Assembly (NCBI RefSeq): GCF_016432865.1
Contig: NC_067403.1
Span: forward strand, 196,912,001-196,976,000
Origin: Antechinus flavipes
Taxonomy: Eukaryota
DNA length: 64,000 nt
Direction of reading: 5' to 3'
The notes under the pieces were generated by a model that was not told the origin of the DNA, searched no databases, and saw only the letters and a program-made list of their open reading frames with translations. This document shows, one piece after another, positions 12,371 through 23,894 of the stretch. Each line of letters begins with the position of its first letter. Position 1 is the stretch's first letter. Position numbers and translations under genes: made by a program.

Positions 12371-12879
12371 TAATGGGCATCAGAAGGATGAATTACTTAA
12401 ATCAGACGATGTCTATCTGGTGGTAAGTAGAGATAATATGGGGAGACAAAGTAGATAGGTCAGGTGAGGTAGTGGGTATGAGGGGGAAGCTCAACATTTC
12501 CAAATAGAAATAGAAATGCAAGAGCAAGATAGTTCCTTACTTTGAGAAGCTCATATTCTAAGAGGGAGAGATATTAGATATAGGAAAGCAATGTCCAGGG
12601 AAGGGTGTTTTGATCAGTGATGGTGAGTGGAACTTGGGAGTTCATTTACAGGTTCTCAGAACAAGCCCTAGAAGGAGAGAGACAAAGAGCAGCAGTAATG
12701 ACCGATGGATGGGACATGAAGTGTGCTCTGGTTCTGTCCTTGGTGGATTCCAGGAACTGGTGCTTATTGAGTCAGGTTAATCTGCTCCAGGATAGGAGTC
12801 TCAAACTGAGGGCAATGAGTCCTCCAGGGCAACATCCACTGAGTGGGAGGGAGGATCTCAGTTCTCTTGTTTCTTTGAT

Positions 12880-13535
12880 TCTTCATGACCTGCAGGACCA
12901 CAATACACCACGTCCTTCTATCTTTCATATCCTCCACTATCAAAGTCCCTCCAAGCTCATATTCCTCGTTGCATGACTACCTATTTATCTCATTCTCTGC
13001 CTTTCCCTTCTCCTTTTGTCTTCAGTCTTTCCTAACATTAGAGTCTTTTCCAGTGAGTCCTATTTTCTCATTATGTGGCCAAAATATTTAACTTTCAGCT
13101 TCACAATTTAGCCTTTCAGGAAATAAATGGAATTTTTAAAAAATTAACTGATTTAAATAAAAAAAACATAAAATAAAATTTACATTAAAAAAGAATTAAT
13201 CTATCTGATCTTCTTGCTGTCCAAGGTACTCTCCAAAGTCTTCTCCAGTACTATAATTTGAAAGTGTCAATTCTGCAGGATTCCGCTTTCCTTGAAGTCC
13301 AATTCTCATTCATATATTGCTATTGGGAAAACTGCAGCTTTGACTGTATGGACCTTTGTCAGCAAGGTGATATCTGTTTTCTAGTAGGCTGACCAGATTT
13401 GCCGTCGTTTTCCTTCCAAGGAGCAAGCTTCTTTCAATTTAATTTCTAGAGTCACCATCTGGAGTGATTTTTAAGCCAAACAATATAAAATCTGCTTCCA
13501 TTTCTTCTCCCTTTATTTTCTCTCCCTTTATTTGG
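12880..13535 (-). mobile_element. BovB/RTE-1 LINE 3' fragment
   Basis: Antisense BovB hallmarks: gtcttttccagtgagtc, tggccaaaatattt..tttcagcttca, ttgctgtccaaggtactctc, gacctttgtcagcaag, cttccaaggagcaag, gtcaccatctggagtgatttt. Short A-rich interruption at about 13130-13195. Confidence 0.85.
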
Positions 13536-14533
13536 GCTTTGGCGTTGGGCAAACAAAACAAAATAAAACATAGGCTTTGCTCTGTGTGTTCTCTGTGACT
13601 GGCTGCCTATCTAGTAGCCCAGAGCTTTGGACTTGAAGCTGGGACACCCGGGTCCGGTGGTCTTCCTCTATACTGTGTTGCCTGCTTTGGATCGGGGTAG
13701 GACATTCCAGGTTGGGCTGACAGGGGGGAAAGGTGTGGCAGGCAAGTTCTGTGCAAAGAGTAGAAGCTGAACACGAGGGGGTGGAGATGTGGTAGGACGA
13801 GTTGGCATTCAGATATGAGCTGGAATATAACACAGAAATAGACCTGGGGGCTGTCACCTGCAAGATTGAATAGACCTGTTCTGCTTGGGCTGGAGAGGGA
13901 AGAGTGAAAGAGCAGTGGGTATGTGTTTAGAAGAAGTAAACCGAGAAACTTCAGAACAACTAAAGCAATTCACAGATGAGTTGGGCTGCCTGAAGCTGAT
14001 GGGTTTTTCATCCCGGTGGCCTTTCAGAAAGAGCACTTTTCAGATATATTATTATAGACTAGACGGCCACTGAAATCCCTTCTCTTAAATTCTGCAATTC
14101 TAAAATTGTTGTTGAGGAGGAGTCTAGAATCTAAGAGAGAATAATCCAATCTGACATTTCTATAGTGTTTTACAAAGTGCCTTACATGTAACTCCTGGAG
14201 CTCTCCCAGGATGTTCACCTCCTCTTAGAAAGGAAGAGCAGAACATTGAAGGTTGGAGGAATATGCACGCCTTCCTTGGCTCAGCCTGGAGTGGTGGGAT
14301 TCAGAGCTAGGAGCAACTGCTTCTTGAGCTGAAAAGCCGAGACATGAGTCTGTGGCTGTGGATGATGTGGCTCTCATTCATCCTGTGGCAATAGGATAAA
14401 AACAATTGCTGCCCAATAATGTGTTGTCTGTCTCTGAATTCTAGTACCTGCACAGAGATATATAGCATGAGCTCAGTGAGTGATTATTGGATTGGATGTT
14501 AGTATTCTCTTCAGAAATCTTACCCTCTGCCAT
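13528..14533 (-). CDS. Speculative two-exon ORF, 123 aa, unrecognised (MAEAQAEQVYSILQVTAPRS...PTPKPK)
   Basis: aacATGGCAGAGG|gtaaga (14533-14524) joins in frame to acceptor ctctttcactcttccctctccag|CC (13889). Frame is open to TAA at 13528-13530, overlapping AATAAA. No homology recognised. Confidence 0.2.
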
Positions 14534-14946
14534 GTTTATTTCCCAGACATCTCTACACCATACCACCTGCACCTCAGGCATTATCCTCTTCTCCCTCCAT
14601 CTCCACTCCAGGAATCTTGGATTCTACCCCTGAGATGACTGGCTAGAAGTAGGCATCCAAACTATTTCCAGAGCAATTCTATATCATGCTTTTGGAGAAG
14701 CCCCTTCCTACTTCTTGCTCCTTCTAGCCTTGAGGGCATTATCTGTCTTTATATTTGTATTCTCAACCAGTTAGCATCATGCCTGGTAGCTGTAATATAT
14801 TATTTCTCTTTGCTTTCTTGTTCTGCCTTCCTCCTTACTGCTTTCCTCCTTCCTTCCATCTTTCCCATCTTTTCCTTCCTTCTCTTCCTTCCTTTCCCTC
14901 TCACTCCTTTTCTCTCCTTTCCCTTTCTCTTTCCTTTCCCTTTTCC

Positions 14947-15584
14947 NNNNNNNNNNNNNNNNNNNNNNNNNNNNNNNNNNNNNNNNNNNNNNNNNNNNNN
15001 NNNNNNNNNNNNNNNNNNNNNNNNNNNNNNNNNNNNNNNNNNNNNNNNNNNNNNNNNNNNNNNNNNNNNNNNNNNNNNNNNNNNNNNNNNNNNNNNNNNN
15101 NNNNNNNNNNNNNNNNNNNNNNNNNNNNNNNNNNNNNNNNNNNNNNNNNNNNNNNNNNNNNNNNNNNNNNNNNNNNNNNNNNNNNNNNNNNNNNNNNNNN
15201 NNNNNNNNNNNNNNNNNNNNNNNNNNNNNNNNNNNNNNNNNNNNNNNNNNNNNNNNNNNNNNNNNNNNNNNNNNNNNNNNNNNNNNNNNNNNNNNNNNNN
15301 NNNNNNNNNNNNNNNNNNNNNNNNNNNNNNNNNNNNNNNNNNNNNNNNNNNNNNNNNNNNNNNNNNNNNNNNNNNNNNNNNNNNNNNNNNNNNNNNNNNN
15401 NNNNNNNNNNNNNNNNNNNNNNNNNNNNNNNNNNNNNNNNNNNNNNNNNNNNNNNNNNNNNNNNNNNNNNNNNNNNNNNNNNNNNNNNNNNNNNNNNNNN
15501 NNNNNNNNNNNNNNNNNNNNNNNNNNNNNNNNNNNNNNNNNNNNNNNNNNNNNNNNNNNNNNNNNNNNNNNNNNNNNNNNNNNN
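14947..15584. other. Assembly gap beside a CT-rich low-complexity tract
   Basis: N run. Confidence 0.99.
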
Positions 15585-15680
15585 TTAGAAAGAATGGACA
15601 ACTGAGCCTCAATTTCTTTACCTCTCAAATGAAAGGGTTGGACTAAATGCTGTTTATAGATCTTTCTTTGATGTTCTTTT

Positions 15681-16410
15681 TTTTTTTTAATTTAATAGTA
15701 TTTTATTCCCCCCCCCCAGTTACTTGTCAAGGAAATTTTTAGCATTCAATTTTATAAGATTTTGAGTTCCAAATTTTTCTCCCTCCTTCCCTGCCCTCCC
15801 CTCTTCCAAAGATAGCACGTAATTTGTTATAGTTTATAATATGCTGTCATGCAAAACACATTTCTTTTATCAATCACAGTCATAAAAGAAGAAGCAGATT
15901 GAAAGGAAAAGAAATCCATGACAAAGAATAAAATAAGTGAAAAAATTATGCCTCGATTTGCACTCAGAGCCCACCGATTTTTTATCTGGATATGTTTAGC
16001 ATTTTGCTTCACAAATCCTTTGTGCTTGTTTTGAAACATCGTGTTTCTGAGAAGAGATGAGTCAATCCCAGTTGATCGTCATACAGTGTTGCTGATGAGA
16101 AGTGAGTCAGCCATAGCTGATCATCCTGCAATGTTGCTGAGACTGCGTTCCATGTTCCCTTGATTCTGCCCATCTCACTTTGCATCAGTTCATACAAGTC
16201 TTTCCGAGTTTTTCTGAAATCTGCTTGTTCATCAGTTCTCGTTACACAATAGAATTCCATTGTTCAGCCACTCGCCAATCGATGGGCATCCCTTTCGTTT
16301 CCAATATTTCACCACCCCAAAGAGAGCTACTATGAATACTTTTGCACCTATAAGTCCTCTTCCCTTTTTAATAATCTCTTTGGGATACAAACCTAGTAGT
16401 AGTGGGGGGA
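15681..16410 (-). mobile_element. 5'-truncated L1 with 12-bp TSD
   Basis: Poly-T plus L1 3' end. TSD tgatgttctttt at 15669-15680 and 16411-16422. Small internal duplication of about 47 bp near 16050-16140. Confidence 0.9.
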
Positions 16411-16449
16411 TGATGTTCTTTTGAAACAGCCACAATATTTCAATACTGG

Positions 16450-16620
16450 GCTGTCAGAAGGCATGGGATTAGGTTTTTAGAAGGCTGAACTAAGAGGATG
16501 GGGGAAAGCTTTCAGCTCCGGGCCTGGAAGAACTTCCTAACAATTAGATCCTTGGAAGGATGGGCTGCCTTGGGAGACTGAAAGGGCCTCTTTATTGGAT
16601 GCCTGGATGGCTTGGTCATG
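16450..16620 (+). mobile_element. L3/CR1 3' fragment
   Basis: ggaagaacttcctaacaattag...atgggctgccttggga. Confidence 0.65.
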
Positions 16621-16639
16621 ATAGCTAATAACAGGCTAC

Positions 16640-16870
16640 CATTTACTTTGTACCTTAAGGTTTGCAAAATGCTTTCTATATGTACATATTCTTACAAAAA
16701 CCTTGCCAGGTAGGGCTGCTATTATTATTATTATTATTCCCATTTTTAGGAGGAAACGAAAGCTGAGAGCCATTAAGTGCCTTCTCCAGAGGGTTACACA
16801 GCCAGGAAGTGGGGCAGGATTTGAATTCAGATCTTCCTGATCCCAAGGCTCTGTGCCCACTTAGCAATCT
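16640..16870 (-). mobile_element. MIR
   Basis: ttaaggtttgcaaaatgcttt...attcccattttt...ggatttgaattcagatcttcctga. Confidence 0.7.
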
Positions 16871-17399
16871 GTGCACCTGAGTGGATTCCTGCTCTGGTAT
16901 GATTTAAACCAGCTTGAATTAAGGTTCCTTCTAGCTCTGATACTCTCCGGTTCTCGTGCATGCTGCTTATTCACCTTGGTCTTGGGGGGTTGCAAAAGAA
17001 CAGTTCATAGGCTACTCATTAAGGAAATTGGTCTTCTACTCCCTGGCATTTACTTAGCGCTCCCAGCTACGGCCTCTTTACAGTATAATTATCATGCTCA
17101 TTTGAGGCATCTCCCTCTCTCTTTCTCTCTCTTTTTTTTTTTTTTTTTTTAATTTTAAAGAGGCCTTCTCCCAGAACCCCTGTGAGGAAGGGAAGGCCTA
17201 AGGACCTCAAAGCATAGTAGAGATATTATCCAATTATTTTTTCACAATATCCCTGGCTATTGAGTGACAGGAGGCTATTATTATTCCCATTTTACAGATG
17301 AGAAAGCTAGAGCATTAAAAAAAAAAAGTGGAGTGCCTTCTTTAGGCTTTTATAGTGTTTAGGAGCAGAGACGGACTGGGCTGAAACCAAGATTGAGAT

Positions 17400-17660
17400 C
17401 CTTCAAATCAAAATGTCAGAGCTGGAAGGAAATCCAACTTGATGTAGTCTACTTTTCTATTAAAGCATGAATCCTTTCTATATCAGCCCTGACATCTCAG
17501 TAGGTCTGAGAGGCTCACCACCTTCCAAGACAGCCCATCCCATTTTGGGGCAGCTTAACTGTTAGGAAATTCTTCCCTTATAATGAGTTGAAATCTACCT
17601 TCTTCCAGTTGCCTCTTTTCCTACCCATGCCCCTTGTTATTGCTCCAAGTTCATCCTGTA
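17400..17660 (-). mobile_element. L3/CR1 3' fragment
   Basis: ctcaccaccttccaagacagcccatcccattttggggcagcttaactgttaggaa. Confidence 0.7.
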
Positions 17661-17669
17661 ACTGCTGCT

Positions 17670-17920
17670 CACTTGTTTTCAGTCATGTCTGACTTTTCAT
17701 GACCCCATTTGTTTTTGTTTTTGTTTTGGCAGGGAGTGTTTGTCATTTCCTTCTCCAGTTCATTTTATAGATGAGAAAATTTAGGCAAATAGGGTAAAGT
17801 GACTTGCCTAGGGTCACACAGTTAGGAAGTGTCTGAGGCTAGATTTGAACTGAGGAAAAGGAGGAGTCTTCCTGACTTCAGCTCTGGAGTGCTATCCGCT
17901 GCACCACCCAGCTACCTCAC
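17670..17920 (-). mobile_element. MAR1 SINE
   Basis: ttcagtcatgtctgac...catttccttctccagttcatttt...gggtcacacag...gctatccgctgcaccacccagct. Confidence 0.8.
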
Positions 17921-18488
17921 CCTCTGGAGCTAAGCAATAATAATAATAATACAAATTCCTGACAGTCTTTTAGATATTAAAAGACCATCATCATGGACCC
18001 TTGGGGCTCTCTCTGTGCCATAATTCTGTATGCCAGACAACAGACAAAATATCTCAGCTGTTTAATACTAAAGAATCTCTGGAAGTCGGGGATTAGCTCT
18101 AGATCTGAGTCCTGGATTAGACATTAATTTCCTGTATGATCTTAGAAAAGTCACCTCTGGTTTTGGCACTTCACTTTTTTCTTCTTCTATAGAATAAAGG
18201 CAATCGAGGTCTGATATTCTATGATGTGAATGTCAACACCTTTGAACAACTTTCTCATTATACAGTTGGGATTCCACAGGCTTTTCATGAAATGACCACT
18301 GTTCCTGGGGGAAGAAAAATTGCTGTCTTCAATTGTTTCAGGATCATCTGGGCTCTAAGCTAAGTGACTTCCCCGGAGTCCCATAACTACTGAGTGTCAT
18401 GTAGGGATTTGAATTTGGATCTCCTCAAGCCATGTTTGGCACTCTTTCCACTATAAACCAGATGGCCTCTAAAATCCCATGACCTTAT

Positions 18489-19120
18489 GAATGTTATTCC
18501 CAAAAGAATAAAATGCAGGTAATAGAGAGGAGGACCAAGTTCTGACTTCTGGGAAACACCCTTTTTGCATCATCCTTTAGGTTCAGAACTAGATGCTGGT
18601 GAATTTTATGAATCTTTTGAGTGTCATTCCCAAAGAATAAAATGCAGGCAATAGAGAGGAGGACCAAGTTCTGACTTCTGGGAAACACCCTTTTTGCACC
18701 ATCCTTTGGGTATAGAATTAGATGCTGGTGAAATTTATGAATCTTTTGAGTGTCATTCCCAAAAGAATAAAATGCAGGCAATAGAGAGGAGGACCAAGTT
18801 CTGACTTCTGGGAAACACCCTTTTTGCATCATCCTTTAGGTTCAGAACTAGATGCTGGTGAATTTTATAAATCTTTTGAATGTTATTCCCAAAGAATAAA
18901 ATGCAGGCAATAGAGAGGAGGACCAAGTTCTGACCTCTGGGAAACACCTTTTTTGCATCATCCTTTAGGTTCAGAACTAGATGCTGGTGAATTTTATAAA
19001 TCTTTTGAATGTTATTCCCAAAGAATAAAATGCAGGCAATAGAGAAGAGGACCAAGTTCTGACCTCTGGGAAACACCTTTTTTGCATCACCCTTTAGGTG
19101 TAGAATGAGATGCTGATGAA
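18489..19120. repeat. 129/130-bp tandem repeat, about 5 copies, L2-derived
   Basis: Unit starts at 18489, 18619, 18748, 18878 and 19007; runs directly into antisense L2 sequence. Confidence 0.95.
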
Positions 19121-19420
19121 GGAGATACGAGATTTTTAGGAAGATGGGAGTCAAGATAGCCAAGAGTTCTCCAAAGGAGGGAGGTGTTGGCCAGCACTGT
19201 CAAAAGCAGCAAAGGTAGTCAAAGAGGATGACAACTAAAAGGAAAAAAAAAGGCTTTTGGATTTGGAGATTGGTGACCTTTGTGAAAGCAGCTTCAGAGG
19301 TGGAGAGTTGAGAATGGGGGGAATGAAAGACAGATCTTGCATCATGAGAAAGGAGAGGCACAGGCTATAGACAACTTGATATAAATGTTGACTGAGATGG
19401 AATACCTCTTCCCATGCCCA
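19120..19420 (-). mobile_element. L2 ORF2 fragment
   Basis: cagcactgtcaaaagcagc...ttggatttgg...ggtgacctttgtgaaagcagcttcag. Confidence 0.7.
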
Positions 19421-19759
19421 AAAGATAGAAGGAAAAATGGGTTATGAAGGAAAGTGGGATATGAAAACTGATGAAAACTGGAGGAGGGGAATTGAGGGTG
19501 CTCATTTTTTCACTGCTATAGAAGGCTACCCTCATTTCATTTTTGTAGAGTTGGAGGGGAGAAGGAAAAGTTTGCAGTGGTTGTTGTGGGGAATAAGAAA
19601 AGGAATCAGAAAAAGTAAACTAGGACCTTCAAGCTGTAGAAGCAAAGAACATGTACCATGAATTTGTAAGGATGAAATCAAGTAAATTTCATTGCTTTCT
19701 CCACTGACGTTCAGAAACTCTGGCAAAGGAATCAAATGATGAAAGTTATCCAGGAAAAG

Positions 19760-19995
19760 GGGGTTAGGTGGTACAGTCAGTAGAGAGCTGGGCCTGGAGC
19801 AAGGAAGACCCGAGTTCAAATACAACCTCAGACACTTACTACTGTGTGATTTTAGGCAAGTCAATTAACCCTTTTTGCCTCAGTTTCCTCATCTGTAAAA
19901 ATGACCTAGAAAAGGAAATGACAATCCACTCCAGTATCTCTGCCAAGAAAACCTCAGGGGGTCACGAAGAGTCAGACTGAAAAATGACTGAACAA
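19760..19995 (+). mobile_element. MAR1 SINE
   Basis: ggggttaggtggtacagt head, gagttcaaat B-box and gaaaaggaaatgacaatccactccagtatctctgccaagaaaacc tail. Confidence 0.85.
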
Positions 19996-20239
19996 GGTTC
20001 AGTAGAAATGCAGGTGGCTGAGAATCGTTCTAGGATAGTATGTAGTGAATATTTAAAAATGGCAATTCATGGGGAAAAGGTTCGGTCCAGAAGTAAGGGA
20101 AGCCGTAGTGGGAGAGATAGACTTGGAAAATATTAGAACAATCTTTTATTTCTCTCTCCTTTTTACTCCCCTCCCCTCACTGAATAAATAAAAGACAAAA
20201 ACCAGATTTCCTGGGTCTAGGGCTCTTGCCCTGGTACTG

Positions 20240-20900
20240 TGCGGTTTATTTAATAGATCTCATTCTCCTGCCAGCCTCCGCAGTTCTGCCCCCTGCTCCA
20301 GAGTGGCCGCCCGTGCCCTGGTCCGGTGCCTTCTGGGAAGCCCACCTGCAGCCCAGGCTCTGAGTCTGGGAGAGAAGGGGGGAAGGAGGGGAGGGGAGGG
20401 GAGGCTGTCACAGCCCGTGGGTGCGGCCTGCTTTCACATCAGGCCTCTCTTCCCATCTGTTGTTTGAAGAACGGATGTTCTGGGCTGGGGGTGGGGGAAG
20501 TTGTGCTAGTTGTAACCTGTAACCGAATGCAGGAAAACTTTCCCAAGCACCGCCCTGATGGAAACGGTGCCGGCACAGGACCTTGGCTGCGTAGGCCGGG
20601 AGCTTAAGGCCATCTGGCCAAGAACAGGAGCTTGGAGGCAACAGATTAAAGCTTTCCCCAGTTCTTGCTAAATATCTCTTCCAGTGCCAGGTAAACAAAC
20701 CATTAAAGTCCCTCACTATTCGGGAATTAACTGTGCTCCGAGGATGGGATTGTGCCAATGGCCTCCCCTGGAAAGGGAGTACAGTCAGCCCCGAAACCGG
20801 GGGTGAAGGCTCCCCCCCAAATGACTTACATTCCTGCAGTCCTGGAATCACGGAATCTTGCAGTTCTCTGGGACTCCAGAAGCCACTGTCCGGCCTAGGT
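20240..20900. promoter_or_regulatory. GC/CpG-enriched non-repeat segment (promoter-like, or a terminal exon)
   Basis: About 19 CpGs in about 600 bp by eye in an otherwise CpG-poor window; GA-rich run at 20368-20404. Confidence 0.35.
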
Positions 20901-21039
20901 CTGAGGAGATACTCCTTCCAACTAGAGTGCTATGTCCTGGATCCCTCTGAGGAAGGCTCTGGACTCCTCGGGATCAGGTTGCTAAATGTACAAAACAAAA
21001 CACAGAATTACAAAGGAAATCAATCAGATTTAGAGTTTT

Positions 21040-21187
21040 CTATCAGTCTATCATCTATCTATAATCTACCTATCTATATCTATCATCTATCTATGTATCT
21101 ATCATCTAGCTACCTATCATTTCTTTCTCTATCTTGCTTGCTTTTTTCTTTCTTTCTTTCTTCCTTCTTTCTTCCTTCTTTCCTCCT
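21040..21187. repeat. (TATC)n/(TTTC)n microsatellite leading into a gap
   Basis: Direct reading. Confidence 0.9.
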
Positions 21188-21337
21188 NNNNNNNNNNNNN
21201 NNNNNNNNNNNNNNNNNNNNNNNNNNNNNNNNNNNNNNNNNNNNNNNNNNNNNNNNNNNNNNNNNNNNNNNNNNNNNNNNNNNNNNNNNNNNNNNNNNNN
21301 NNNNNNNNNNNNNNNNNNNNNNNNNNNNNNNNNNNNN
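21188..21337. other. Assembly gap
   Basis: N run. Confidence 0.99.
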
Positions 21338-22309
21338 CAGATGTGTCCCTTTTCCTACTTTTTAAAAGACTTTAAGGTCTACACTGCCCACCATGTAGAG
21401 TAGGAAGGGGCCTAATCCCTTTATTCTACAATAAGGCAAACTGAGGCCTAGTTTGGGGATGGGACCTGCTTAAAATCATGCAACAATTTAGTGGTGGAAC
21501 TGGCTTTACAACCTGCAAAGTCTGACACGTCATTCGGTATTCTCACTTTGTTCCACTTCATCGGGGTAGTCTTTCCTCTTATCCTTGAAAGGGATGGCCC
21601 GCTTCTCTATGGGCCTGTCCATCTGTCCAGCTGTGATTATTACACTGTGAACTCTTAGAGGGCGGTTCACCTTTTGTCTCCTGAGCAACAATGAGATTAG
21701 GACAGGACCTGTGTGGTCTCCAAGAGGCACTAGAGGTTACCCCTCGGGCCTTTCTCTTGTTGGGGCATTTGGAGAAACAGCCCCATCAGGGGACCCCTGG
21801 GCTCCAGGTGGAAGGTCATTCCCAGCACAATGACCGACGCTGACGTTTTGATGAGCCCCACAACTATTTCTGGGGCCCTGTTACGACTACATTCCTACAT
21901 ATGGCCCTGGTCACTAGCCACAGACTAAAGAGAAGGCGAGCTCCGGCCCTTCGGGAGCAAAAGGTTCAATCCTGGGTCTCCACTAAAAGTGTCAGAATGG
22001 GCTTCTTGCCCTTTGTAAACTGGAGAAGTGAGTCCTTTCTTTTTGTGTCCTGTCCCAGCCCCACAATCAAAGGGCTGCGCAAACAGTGTGTGAGTCTGTA
22101 CATCCCAACATTCCTTCTCCCACCCCCTCAGACATGGCAATCAAGGAGATAGGAGGCTCTTTTATGAGGATTCTTTCCGCCTACGAGAGTCCATCCCAGT
22201 CTCTCATCCTGTGAACTCTGATATATACTTATTGCCCCTTACCACATCTTGGGCACTTGGCACTCTGTAGTCTTTTACTTCCTCCCTCTAACACCCACCC
22301 CAGACACAG

Positions 22310-22439
22310 NNNNNNNNNNNNNNNNNNNNNNNNNNNNNNNNNNNNNNNNNNNNNNNNNNNNNNNNNNNNNNNNNNNNNNNNNNNNNNNNNNNNNNNNNNN
22401 NNNNNNNNNNNNNNNNNNNNNNNNNNNNNNNNNNNNNNN
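22310..22439. other. Assembly gap beside a GA-rich tract
   Basis: N run. Confidence 0.99.
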
Positions 22440-22719
22440 AAAAAGCGAAAGAGAGAGAAAGGGAGAGAAGGAAGGAGGGAGGGAGAGAAAGAGACAGAGA
22501 CAGAGAGAGATAAACCTAGGAAAGGGTTATGAAGACCAATATATGAAGACAACTCAGACAGGACTTGCTGAATTGAATGCATTTCTTCTGTACTCTGCTT
22601 CCTTGTCTGTGCAGGGGTACCTTTTCCTGTTCCCCTTTCTGTTTTGTCTTTTCCTCACCCTGATAAAATGTGAGCTCTTTGAAAATAAGGATCATTTTGG
22701 GTTTTTATACTTTTAATAA

Positions 22720-23250
22720 ATGTATGTATGTATATATGTATGTATGATCTATATGATCTATTTACCTTTTGTTTCCCTGTCTACATCTGTCTGTGTCTCT
22801 GTGTATTTGCCTCTATTTTCTATTTCTATCTATAATTATCTACCTATTCATCTATCTCATCAATATGTATTTATCTATTCTCTCAACATCTATCTAGGTC
22901 TGTCTGTCTCCTATTTCTCTTGATCACTATCTGACTCTATATCTATGTTTGTCTGATTGTCTCTTTTTCTTTTCTTTCTTTTATTATTATTTTTTTTTGG
23001 TCTGATCTGTCTATATCTGTGTTTGACTATTTACCTCTCTTTCTCATCTTTTTTTTTCCTACCATTATCTTTCTGTCTACCTACTTGTCTGTCTCCAGCT
23101 ATCTGTCCTTTGCCTGCTTCTATATCTATCTAGGTCTGTCTCTTTATTTCTCTTCCCTCCCCATCTCTCTCTGTCATTATCTCACTATCTGTTATCTATG
23201 TGTATCTCTCTCTTTCTCGCTCTCTCTATTATCTAAGTTAGCCTGTATTT
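22720..23250. repeat. Degenerate (TCTA/TCTG)n low-complexity tract
   Basis: Direct reading. Confidence 0.85.
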
Positions 23251-23254
23251 CATA

Positions 23255-23580
23255 GGAAACCGGGAAGATCTCTATGAACTGATGCAGAACTTAGTGACTA
23301 GAGCTAGGAGAACAAGTTCTGTAACTTGTAATATAACAAATGTACAGAGAAAAAGAACCAAATCTGCAAAGGCTTTAGACTAAGAGCCATGCAAAGATGA
23401 AACATGACTCCTACCTTGTGCTGGAGGAGCGCAGGACTTAGAATGCACAACAAGACACACATTTTTGCATGTGGCCAATATGGAATATGCATATTTATTA
23501 TGAGGTTTTTTTTCTTCTTATTGTTCAAGTTGAGGGAGGCGGCGTCAGGGAGAGATAACAAATGCTTGTCAAAATATTTT
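23255..23580 (+). mobile_element. Old L1 3' fragment
   Basis: gggaagatctctatgaactgatgcaga...gactagagctaggagaac. Confidence 0.6.
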
Positions 23581-23894
23581 CCAAAGAGAAGAGAGTCGGT
23601 GTGCAGATGTGAGTAGGGTACAGTTTTCTCCTGGCATTTCCATCCAGCCTTAGTCAGACTAGCTTGAATCTCTAACAGTCAGTATAAATCCCATGACCCA
23701 GAAGATGCTGATTTAATAAAGGCTTCCCTCTTGATGTAACCAAGATCTCTCAATCATAGACTCTCTGAGTCTCGCTATCTCAGAATTCATAAGATCACAG
23801 AATGATACTTGGATGGGACTTTAAAGTCATCAAATCCAATCTTCTCCTTCTACAGAAAAGGAAACTGAGGCTCGGGAATGACAGAATTCTGTCA

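Noticed and set aside
14755-15646. Long ORFs spanning N runs (also at 21.1, 22.3, 24.1 and 25.5 kb)
   Set aside because: Artefacts of translating gaps.
18494-19163. Repetitive minus-strand ORFs of 112 and 136 aa
   Set aside because: By-products of the 129-bp array.
20530-20545. NF-kB site (ggaaaactttccc)
   Set aside because: Spacing does not fit GGGRNWYYCC.
22020-22135. Plus-strand micro-exon series (gtgagt donors with pyrimidine-rich acceptors)
   Set aside because: Implied introns are only about 30 and 42 bp, too short for mammalian splicing.
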